Source: an uncultured Candidatus Binatia bacterium (GTDB lineage: Bacteria > Desulfobacterota > Binatia > Bin18). Taken from it: 64,000 bases of DNA. The position numbers were made by a program, and so were the translations under genes. The stretch is taken from positions 3,929,879 to 3,993,878 of the forward strand of contig OZ242288.1 of NCBI GenBank assembly GCA_965207575.1, written 5' to 3'. Below the pieces are notes generated by a model. It worked only from the letters and a program-made list of their open reading frames with translations. It searched no databases and was not told where the DNA came from. Below are positions 19,939-27,425 of this stretch, piece by piece (position 1 is the first letter of the stretch; the number at the start of each line of letters is the position of its first letter).

Positions 19939-20814
19939 GTGGACGCATTCGAGTACGCTGCTCCGCAGAATCTACAAGACGCCGTGACGTTGCTGGCCGA
20001 GGCGAGTGGTGAGGCGCGACCCCTGGCGGGCGGAACCGATCTCATTGCCCAAATGAAGGAGAAGCGCCGGAGCCCGGCTCTGGTCGTTGACCTTAAAAAA
20101 ATCCCCGAGCTCAATGTCCTCTCCTACGAGGCCGGGCTCCACATTGGTGCGGCCGTGTCGTGTACGCAGATCGCCGAGTTCGAGCCGGTACGTGTGCACT
20201 ACCCGGCCCTGGCCGAGGCCTGCGCCCTGATCGGCTCGTATCAAATACAGAACCGCGCCGCGCTGGGCGGCAACTTTTGCAACGCTGCCCCCTCTGCAGA
20301 TGCCGTTCCACCGGCTGTATCGTACGGCGCGACGCTGGTGATTGCCGGGCCGGGCGGACAGCGGGAGATTTCGTCAGAAGATTTTTTTGTCGGACCGGGC
20401 CAGACCGTACTGGAAAAAGGTGAGGTCCTGGTCGAGATTGTGATGCCGCCACCGCCACCCCATTCCGGGGCGGCCTATCTACGCTTTATCCCGCGCGAAG
20501 AGATGGACATTGCGGTGGCTGGGGTGGGCTCGTTTGTCCAACTCAGCCCGGACGCTCGCACCTGCGAGCAGGCCCGTATCGTACTCGTCGCGGTTGCGCC
20601 CACTCCCGTCCGGGCAAAAGAGGCCGAGGCGTTTTTAACGGGCAAGGCGCTAGACGACACAACGATTGCCCAGACCGGGGAGCTAGCCTCCCAGGCCGCC
20701 AGTCCGATCTCCGACGTACGCGGCTCGGCGGCCTATCGGATTGAATTGGTAAAAGTGCTGACGCGACGCACGCTGGGCAAGGCGCTGGAGAGAGCCAGGG
20801 GGGAGGCATCATGA
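19939..20814 (+). CDS. molybdenum hydroxylase FAD-binding medium subunit (CoxM/XdhB-like)
   Basis: 291 aa; LAGGTDLIAQMK...AALGGNFCNA motifs; GTG start with AGGAGGG RBS. Confidence 0.8.
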   Translation: MDAFEYAAPQNLQDAVTLLAEASGEARPLAGGTDLIAQMKEKRRSPALVVDLKKIPELNVLSYEAGLHIGAAVSCTQIAEFEPVRVHYPALAEACALIGSYQIQNRAALGGNFCNAAPSADAVPPAVSYGATLVIAGPGGQREISSEDFFVGPGQTVLEKGEVLVEIVMPPPPPHSGAAYLRFIPREEMDIAVAGVGSFVQLSPDARTCEQARIVLVAVAPTPVRAKEAEAFLTGKALDDTTIAQTGELASQAASPISDVRGSAAYRIELVKVLTRRTLGKALERARGEAS

Positions 20815-21287
20815 AGCAGGCGATTGAACTGAACGTCAACGGCGAGCCGCACGCCGCGCTGGTCGATACCCGCGAAACGCTGCTGGACACCCTGCGCTAT
20901 AAGCTGGGCCACATGGGGCCCAAGGAAGGCTGCGGCAATGGCAACTGCGGGGCGTGTACGGTCGTCCTGAACGGCGCCGTCGTCAATGCTTGCCTCGTGT
21001 TCGCCGTAGAAGCCGCAGGTGCGGACGTGACCACGGTCGAAGGGGTTGCGGCTGAGGGCAACCTCCACCCCGTGCAGCAGGCTTTTATTGAACACGGGGC
21101 CTTGCAGTGCGGGTTTTGTACGCCGGGCTTTATCATGTCGGCCAAGGCATTATTGGAACGCAACCCCAACCCGAGCGAACCGGAGATTCGTCTGGCGATT
21201 TCCGGCAACCTGTGCCGCTGCACGGGGTATGACAAAATCGTTCGCGCCATTCAGGCTGCGTCGCAGGCGCTCTCACAAACTGCCTAA
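20811..21287 (+). CDS. molybdenum hydroxylase [2Fe-2S] small subunit (CoxS-like)
   Basis: 158 aa; GCGNGNCGACTV and CGFCTPG...CRCTGY cysteine motifs; ATGA overlap with upstream gene. Confidence 0.85.
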   Translation: MKQAIELNVNGEPHAALVDTRETLLDTLRYKLGHMGPKEGCGNGNCGACTVVLNGAVVNACLVFAVEAAGADVTTVEGVAAEGNLHPVQQAFIEHGALQCGFCTPGFIMSAKALLERNPNPSEPEIRLAISGNLCRCTGYDKIVRAIQAASQALSQTA

Positions 21288-21298
21288 GGAGGGACAGC

Positions 21299-23599
21299 AT
21301 GGCTGAGTATAGTGTGATTGGAACGTCTTTGGCCAAGGTTGATGCCCCGGAACGGGTCACGGGCAAGGCGACCTATGGGGCCGACCTCGATCTGCCCGGC
21401 ATGCTGTGGGCGAAACTCGTTCGTAGCCCGTATGCCCACGCTCGTATCAAGCGTATTGATACCAGCCGGGCCAAAGCGCTGCCCGGCGTGAAAGCCGTCA
21501 TTACCGCGAACGATCTGCCCTCCCTGCCAAAAGGCGCCACCGCTCCCCTGGTGGGAGAAGTCAGCATCGACATGAGCGCCATCCGTGAGATCGTCATGGC
21601 CTCGGATAAAGTGCGCTACCACGGTCAGGTCGTGGCCGCCGTGGCCGCCACCGACCCGTTTATTGCCGAGGAAGCGGCCGGACTGGTTGACGTTGACTAC
21701 GAACCCCTGCCGGTCGTGGAAGACGTCCTCCGGGCCATGCAGCCGGACGCCCCGCTCGTTCACGAAGACCTGCACACGCTCGAAGAGGCGACCCAGGAAA
21801 AGTCCGACCAGCCGAGTAATATTTCCACCCATATGGTCTATACCAGGGGCGATGTTGAGGCCGGGTTCGCCGCGGCCGACGCGGTTATTGAGAAAACGTA
21901 TACGACCCAGATGGTCCACCAGGGCTATCTGGAACCCCAGGCCTGCGCCGCGCGGGTCGAGCCCAACGGCCGGGTCACCTTGTGGACCTCGGCCCAGGGG
22001 CATTTCACCGTCCGGACCCAACTCGTGACCCTGCTCGGCCTCCCCGCCAGTCAACTCAAGGTCGTCCCCATGGAGATCGGAGGCGGATTTGGCGGCAAAG
22101 CCCTGGCGCTGTTTGAGCCCACCGCCATTGTGCTGGCCCAAAAGACCAGCCGGCCGGTCAAACTCGTGGTCTCCCGGGAAGAGGTGCTGCGCGCAACCGG
22201 CCCCGGGGCGCCCGCGGTCATCACCGTGAAAGCCGGCGCCACAAAGGACGGGAAGATTACCGCGCTGACGACAGCCATGCGCTACGATGCCGGCGCCTTT
22301 CCCGGCTCGCCGGTCGCCCGCGGCCTGCTGGTGGGTTTAGCCCCGTATAAGCTGGACAATATGGTCGCCGAAGGGTTTGACGTGCTAACCAACAAGCCCC
22401 GTGTTCAAGCCTACCGCGCCCCTGGCGGCACGCCGGCGGCCTTTGCGGTTGAAGCGCTGATGGATGCCCTGGCGGATGAGATTGGCGTCGACCCGCTGGC
22501 GTTTCGGCAGAAAAACGCCGCCGAAGAAGGCGATACTTTGCCCCTGGGCATGCCGCTCAACCGCATCGGCCTGACCGAGATGCTGAAACAGATTGAGGCG
22601 CATCCGTGCTGGACTACGCCGCTGGAGGGTCCCCACCGCGGCCGAGGACTGGCCCTGGGTTACTGGATCGGTGGCTCCTTCACCTCAAGCGCCGAGGTCA
22701 AGATCAACCCGGACGCCACCGCCTCCATCTTTGTGGGGACCGTGGACCTGACCGGCACCCGGACCACGATTTCCCAGATGGTGGCCGATGAACTCCAGCT
22801 TGATCCCCAAGACATCACCATCACAGTGGGTGATACCGACAGCGCTCCCTTTGCCGACCTGAGCGGCGGCAGCCGGATTACCTACACGATGAGTGCCGCA
22901 GCTCATCAGGCCAGTCAGGACGTGTTGACCCAACTCAAGGAGCGGGCCGCGGAAAAGCTCAAGGTGCCCGTCGCTGAGGTCGAGTATCAGGCCAAACGGT
23001 TCTGGGCCAAGGGTGATACCCGGAACGAAGTCAGCCTGGCCGAGCTGGCCCGCGAGAGTGTGGCCTGGGGCAGCGGGCCGATCATCGGCAAGGGCAGCAC
23101 CACCCGGATGCAGCCGGCCCACGCCTATGCCGCCCATGTCGCGGATGTCGAGATTGATCCGGAAACGGGCAAAGTGACCATCCTGCGCTATACCTGCTTC
23201 CAGGATGTTGGCAAGGCCATCAATCCGACCCAGGTTGAAGGTCAGATCCAGGGAGGGGCCGTGCAGGGCATCGGCTGGGCCCTGAATGAGGAGTATATCT
23301 TTGATAACGGCGAGCTGAAAAACGCCAGCCTGCTGGACTATCGCTGTCCGGTGGCGCTGGACCTGCCCATGATCGAAACCGTCCTGACCGAAGTCCCGGC
23401 CTCCGAAGGTCCCTACGGTCTGCGCGGCGTCGGCGAGGTGCCCATCGTGCCACCGGGCGCAGCCCTGGCTAATGCGATCTACCGCGCCACCGGTACCCGG
23501 CTGTACGAGTTGCCCATGAATCCCGAGCGGATTTTCTGGGCCACGCGCGGCAATGGAGCCAACGGGGCCAACGGGGCCAACGGGTCAGGCGGAGCGTAG
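21299..23599 (+). CDS. molybdenum hydroxylase molybdopterin-binding large subunit (xanthine dehydrogenase/aldehyde oxidase family, CoxL-like)
   Basis: 766 aa; AAGGAGGG RBS; active-site loop reads QAYRAPGG (neither form I AYXCSFR nor form II AYRGAGR); unusual C-terminal NGANGANGANGSGGA tail. Confidence 0.85.
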   Translation: MAEYSVIGTSLAKVDAPERVTGKATYGADLDLPGMLWAKLVRSPYAHARIKRIDTSRAKALPGVKAVITANDLPSLPKGATAPLVGEVSIDMSAIREIVMASDKVRYHGQVVAAVAATDPFIAEEAAGLVDVDYEPLPVVEDVLRAMQPDAPLVHEDLHTLEEATQEKSDQPSNISTHMVYTRGDVEAGFAAADAVIEKTYTTQMVHQGYLEPQACAARVEPNGRVTLWTSAQGHFTVRTQLVTLLGLPASQLKVVPMEIGGGFGGKALALFEPTAIVLAQKTSRPVKLVVSREEVLRATGPGAPAVITVKAGATKDGKITALTTAMRYDAGAFPGSPVARGLLVGLAPYKLDNMVAEGFDVLTNKPRVQAYRAPGGTPAAFAVEALMDALADEIGVDPLAFRQKNAAEEGDTLPLGMPLNRIGLTEMLKQIEAHPCWTTPLEGPHRGRGLALGYWIGGSFTSSAEVKINPDATASIFVGTVDLTGTRTTISQMVADELQLDPQDITITVGDTDSAPFADLSGGSRITYTMSAAAHQASQDVLTQLKERAAEKLKVPVAEVEYQAKRFWAKGDTRNEVSLAELARESVAWGSGPIIGKGSTTRMQPAHAYAAHVADVEIDPETGKVTILRYTCFQDVGKAINPTQVEGQIQGGAVQGIGWALNEEYIFDNGELKNASLLDYRCPVALDLPMIETVLTEVPASEGPYGLRGVGEVPIVPPGAALANAIYRATGTRLYELPMNPERIFWATRGNGANGANGANGSGGA
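23419..23599 (+). repeat. direct repeat copy A (3' end of the coxL-like gene), duplicated at 24274..24453
   Basis: ~180 bp, ~90% identical to 24274..24453 including the GCCAACGGG triplet repeat. Confidence 0.75.
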
Positions 23600-23635
23600 C
23601 CGGGCGCGAGGTTTTTTTGGAATTGTCAATTTTGG

Positions 23636-23986
23636 CTACTCGTCGGTAGGGGCGGCGGTTTCCCGAGCCAGTTTCTGGGCCACCAAGGCGTTCATACTAA
23701 TACCGGCTCGCCCGGCCTCCATCGCGAGCCGTCGATGCAGGCGTTTATCAATTCGGACGTTAAATTGGCCGCTATACGTTTTCCGGGCAGGAGCGACCGG
23801 CACGGGCTCGTCATGCGCCCGGTAGCTTTCCTTGGCCGCCTCCCAAGCCGTAGCCAACTCCGCCACTGCTTTGACCGGCGTATCGGCAAAGGCCGAAATG
23901 CCAGGCATTTCTACCAGATGCGCCAACCAATCGCCGTCTTCATCCTGGAAGAGATTGACCGAGAAGCCGTCAAAATCATCCTTCAT
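23636..23986 (-). CDS. hicB: HicB-family antitoxin (RNase-H-like N-terminus plus RHH C-terminus)
   Basis: MKDDFDGFSVNLFQDEDGDWLAHLVEMPGISAFADT...SGQFNVRIDKRLHRRLAMEAGRAGISMNALVAQKL; overlaps the hicA end. Confidence 0.65.
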   Translation of the reverse strand: MKDDFDGFSVNLFQDEDGDWLAHLVEMPGISAFADTPVKAVAELATAWEAAKESYRAHDEPVPVAPARKTYSGQFNVRIDKRLHRRLAMEAGRAGISMNALVAQKLARETAAPTDE

Positions 23987-24233
23987 CGCTACGTTCCTCC
24001 TCATAGTACTTTAAAAATTGCTCGACTTGATAACCTTTGGCTCGCTTGCCCTTAGCCTGTACTGACAAGCGCCTCCCTTGGGGCGAATACCAGATGCGGT
24101 GCGAGCCTCGTTGTCGGTCAAAGGTCCAGCCGCACTGTCTAAGCAAGGTTTCAAATTCGTCGAAGCGCAACCCACGGGCATTGCGGATTGCTTTGTCTAG
24201 CAGCTTGGGTTGCTTAGCCATTCTTGTAACCAT
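23976..24233 (-). CDS. hicA: HicA-family toxin (mRNA interferase)
   Basis: 85 aa; ...LRQCGWTFDRQRGSHRIWYSPQGRRLSV typical HicA GSH motif. Confidence 0.65.
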   Translation of the reverse strand: MVTRMAKQPKLLDKAIRNARGLRFDEFETLLRQCGWTFDRQRGSHRIWYSPQGRRLSVQAKGKRAKGYQVEQFLKYYEEERSDEG

Positions 24234-24273
24234 ATACAGTTACGAAGAACGCTGTCCATGGGCTATCCTATAA

Positions 24274-24453
24274 TCTGCGTGGCGTCGGCGAGGTGCCCAT
24301 CGTGCCGCCGGGCGCGGCCCTGGCCAATGCGATCTACCGCGCCACCGGCACTCGGCTGTACGAACTGCCCATGAATCCCGAGCGGATTTTCTGGGCCACG
24401 CGCGGCAATGGAGCCAACGGGTCAAACGGGGCCAACGGATCAGGTGAGGTGTA
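24274..24453 (+). repeat. direct repeat copy B: displaced duplicate of the coxL 3' end (ends in its own stop)
   Basis: would encode ...LRGVGEVPIVPPGAALANAIYRATGTRLYELPMNPERIFWATRGNGANGSNGANGSGEV*; no upstream gene body. Confidence 0.75.
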
Positions 24454-24509
24454 GAAGGCCGCAGGGTTTCTTTAGGAAGGACGGTCCGAGGGGGATCGTC
24501 CTTCCGGTC

Positions 24510-25856
24510 CTACTCTGCTCCGTTCGTCTCCCCGGTAAAGACGATATAGCCGGCTTCCTCCTGGTCCTGAATTCTCTCTTCCAGGTAGGCCGGCAGGACA
24601 AGGTCGCGCTCCTTGGGAAACTTGCCGCGATGGAGTTGGGGCCGGAGGAAAAACTCCTCCGGCAAACTGATACCGGCTTGTGTCTTGAGCGGTGCCGGGA
24701 ACCAGGTGCGGCGCATAAAGTCCGGATTAAAGAACACGTCCTTATCCTCTTGCGACCAGTCCCGGAGTTGCATGGCGTCGTGGATGCCGTATGAGTAAAA
24801 GTCCTGCTGCGGGTCCCACCACAGGGTAATCAGGTTATGATAGCCGCGCTCCTTGAGGCGCGGGTTCATCAGCTTGGCTACGCGCTCCTCTATCATAATG
24901 GGCTCGCCATTCCTGCCGTAGATTTCGGTCCGCAACGGATAGAAATAGTGCTGGTCCGCCCAGAACAGAATCCGGGGTGCGTAGTAATCGGGCAGCCAGT
25001 CTTGCTTGGCGGCGGCCTCGACCAGATAGCATTTGACTCCGTTATCCTCGGTGTAAAACGGATAGTCGTCCCCCATCAGTTTGATGGCGCTGGCCGGGAC
25101 ATCCTGAAAAGTCCCGTCCTCGGTCTGGAGCGTGATCGACTGGCGCGTCTTTGGGAAACGCGCGGTTTTGTAGAGCACATCGGTGCCGAGAATACGCCAG
25201 GAGAACTCCCAGGCGTCGCGGCCCAAAAAATCGTCATAGGCCATGGGGGCGTTTGGAAATTTTTCCTGCCGCCGCGGCTGGGGAAAACGGCGCACCCGGC
25301 GCATGCTCAGAGAATACCCAAACAGGTCCGCTTTTTTGGTCAGGTGTTGATCGGTCCGGAACGTACTGAAGAGCATCTGGTTGCCATAGTTTTCCGGGGG
25401 AGCGACATCCTGGGTGAGCCAGCGCGAGTAGACTTCCCCTGGCTTGGCCAGAATCTGGCCCATCAGCCCTTCCGGATCGCGATAGTGTACCAAGGCAATA
25501 ATCTGTTGGACGAAGAGATAACCGGTCGGGGTGAGCGTTCCCGTATCTTCAATCTGAACACAGTTCCAGCGGGGCATATGCGGGAACTCCATGATCCGAT
25601 AGCCGACCTCTTCGGGCGTGTAGGGCGGCTCGAAGGGATAGGCTTCCGCCGGCATATACGGGATGTCTGCGTGGCGGGGCGTGGTGGTTGAAAAATCGAA
25701 GCGGGCGAGTTCTTCTTCGGAAAGTTCATCTATTGTCCGCCAGGTCCGGCTCTCGTTGTCCTCGGCCGAGACCGGTGTCCCCCCCAGCCAGCAAGCCAAG
25801 ACGAGTATTCCCCAGAGCCAGCGCATGAAGCTCACAGCAGCCTGTCCTCTCGACAT
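24510..25856 (-). CDS. secreted aromatic-rich protein of unknown function (possibly DUF1329-like)
   Basis: 448 aa; GGGAGG RBS; N-terminal signal peptide MRWLWGILVLACWLGGTPVSA-ED; Trp/Tyr/Phe-rich; no catalytic motif recognised. Confidence 0.45.
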   Translation of the reverse strand: MSRGQAAVSFMRWLWGILVLACWLGGTPVSAEDNESRTWRTIDELSEEELARFDFSTTTPRHADIPYMPAEAYPFEPPYTPEEVGYRIMEFPHMPRWNCVQIEDTGTLTPTGYLFVQQIIALVHYRDPEGLMGQILAKPGEVYSRWLTQDVAPPENYGNQMLFSTFRTDQHLTKKADLFGYSLSMRRVRRFPQPRRQEKFPNAPMAYDDFLGRDAWEFSWRILGTDVLYKTARFPKTRQSITLQTEDGTFQDVPASAIKLMGDDYPFYTEDNGVKCYLVEAAAKQDWLPDYYAPRILFWADQHYFYPLRTEIYGRNGEPIMIEERVAKLMNPRLKERGYHNLITLWWDPQQDFYSYGIHDAMQLRDWSQEDKDVFFNPDFMRRTWFPAPLKTQAGISLPEEFFLRPQLHRGKFPKERDLVLPAYLEERIQDQEEAGYIVFTGETNGAE

Positions 25857-25929
25857 ACGTCCCTCCCTTGCAGAGCAGCTAGCCTTACCACACTCGGTCC
25901 GAGAAGGGGAGAGGCCGCAGAGAACGTTC

Positions 25930-26496
25930 TTATGCAGCCGGAAATGCGTGGTGCGTCATGAAAACGTCAGCGTCCTGCTGGGCAAAAAACACCAGACGGA
26001 CTTCCGTGATAGTCGCGTCGATAGCCAAGAAGTCGGCAATGGCCCGCGAGGCAACTGCCGCGGCCTCCTCACGCGGATAGCCGTACACGCCGGTCGAGAT
26101 GGCCGGGAAGGCAAGCGTCGTCAGTTTATGCTGTCCGGCAAGCGAGAGGGAGTTGCGGTAACAGGCGGTGAGCAGAGCGGCCGCTCGCTCTCCGGCCGCA
26201 CCATAGACCGGCCCGACCGTGTGAATCACATGCCGGGCCGGCAGGCGTCCGGCTGTGGTGAGGACGGCTTCCCCCGTGGGCAGCCCGTCAGGATAACGGG
26301 TTCGCCGCAGTTCCTGACAAGCCACGAGGATATCCGGCCCGCCCGCCCGATGAATGGCGCCATCCACGCCCCCACCACCCAGCAGGCTTGCGTTGGCCGC
26401 ATTCACCACCGCAGCGACCCGCTGTTGGGTAATGTCACCCACCAGGACGGAAACGCGACCGTTGAGAAATATGTGCGGCGTTGCGGTTTGTGACAT
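25930..26496 (-). CDS. ymdB: macro-domain protein (O-acetyl-ADP-ribose deacetylase, YmdB-like)
   Basis: 188 aa; VVNAANASLLGGGGVDGAIHRAGG macro-domain signature. Confidence 0.8.
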   Translation of the reverse strand: MSQTATPHIFLNGRVSVLVGDITQQRVAAVVNAANASLLGGGGVDGAIHRAGGPDILVACQELRRTRYPDGLPTGEAVLTTAGRLPARHVIHTVGPVYGAAGERAAALLTACYRNSLSLAGQHKLTTLAFPAISTGVYGYPREEAAAVASRAIADFLAIDATITEVRLVFFAQQDADVFMTHHAFPAA

Positions 26497-26530
26497 ACAA
26501 ACAGCCGCAGAAAAACGGCCCTATCCCGAT

Positions 26531-26713
26531 TTAATCTTCCTGTACGCTCAGCGCCCCTGACGGGCATTTGGCAACAACGGCCCGCACCTCGTCCTCTGAC
26601 GCCGCGCTGGGATCAATCACGAATTCCCCGCCTTCAACCTTGAAGACTTGCGGCAGGCTCTTCACACAATTTGCCGAATGCGTGCAGACTTCCTCGTCCC
26701 AGTTCACTTTCAT
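26531..26713 (-). CDS. small ferredoxin (3 Cys, [3Fe-4S]/[4Fe-4S] single-cluster type)
   Basis: 60 aa MKVNWDEEVCTHSANCVKSLPQVF...AKCPSGALSV; start moved to internal ATG with GGGAGGG RBS. Confidence 0.6.
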   Translation of the reverse strand: MKVNWDEEVCTHSANCVKSLPQVFKVEGGEFVIDPSAASEDEVRAVVAKCPSGALSVQED

Positions 26714-26933
26714 ACTACGCCCTCCCGTATGGTGTTGGTTTCCATAACCTAGCGCTTTCCCTGGGCGGTCGGCAAGCCGGCTTTGGGGCAGCATGCTGTT
26801 TGTGTCATCCCTCGCCCCAGGAGCAGATAACAACGGTCGGTCTGCTGAGGCCGGTTGTTGTTCTGGATCGCCTGACTTTTGTGGCATTCTTTGGACGAAT
26901 CTGTTAGGGAAAGTGCAGGAGGGACAACACCGT

Positions 26934-27425
26934 ATGAAACAATTACGCGTGATTACCGAGAAGTGTACGAGCTGCGTGCAGTGCGAGTTGGCTTGTGCCT
27001 TTGTCCAAACCGGGACCTTTCAGCCATCCCGTTCCGTTATTCGCGTCCATATCTTCGACGAGCAGGCCGTCTATGCGCCCTATACCTGCTTTCAGTGCGA
27101 TGAGGCCTGGTGCCTGACGGCCTGTCCGGTGAATGCGATCGGCATTGACCCGGACACGAACGCCAAGGTCGTGCTGGACGATGTGTGTGTCGGCTGTGCG
27201 GTCTGCACGGTAGCCTGCCCATACGGCACCATGTTCTACAATCCAGATAGCCACAAAGCCTTCAAGTGCGACCTGTGTGGCGGTGATCCGGCGTGCGTCA
27301 AGTCATGCCCAACCGGCGCACTCGAATACGTGGATATGGATCAGCCGGACTGGCTGGCCAGTTGGGCGGACAAAGTCAACCAGGGCTTTCAACATATGCA
27401 GGACGAAGAAGGAGGCAACGCATGA
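26934..27425 (+). CDS. aorA: poly-ferredoxin electron-transfer subunit of aldehyde:ferredoxin oxidoreductase (AorA-like)
   Basis: start moved to MKQLRV with AGGAGGG RBS; four CxxCxxC...CP motifs; directly precedes and overlaps (ATGA) the AOR gene. Confidence 0.75.
   Translation: MKQLRVITEKCTSCVQCELACAFVQTGTFQPSRSVIRVHIFDEQAVYAPYTCFQCDEAWCLTACPVNAIGIDPDTNAKVVLDDVCVGCAVCTVACPYGTMFYNPDSHKAFKCDLCGGDPACVKSCPTGALEYVDMDQPDWLASWADKVNQGFQHMQDEEGGNA

Larger units (their letters stand above)
23600..24273. mobile_element. small low-GC insertion carrying hicAB, flanked by a ~180-bp direct duplication of the coxL 3' end
   Basis: GC drops visibly relative to flanks; bounded by copies A and B; no integrase or transposase inside. 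Confidence 0.45.

Noticed and set aside
21299-23599. Calling the large subunit a bona fide CO dehydrogenase CoxL
   Set aside because: The active-site loop is AYRAPGG, not AYXCSFR or AYRGAGR. It is kept as a generic XDH-family Mo hydroxylase.
24408-24794. 128-aa plus-strand ORF starting in the duplicated coxL 3' copy
   Set aside because: Its frame differs from the coxL reading frame of the duplicate, and it runs antisense into the secreted-protein gene. It is likely spurious.
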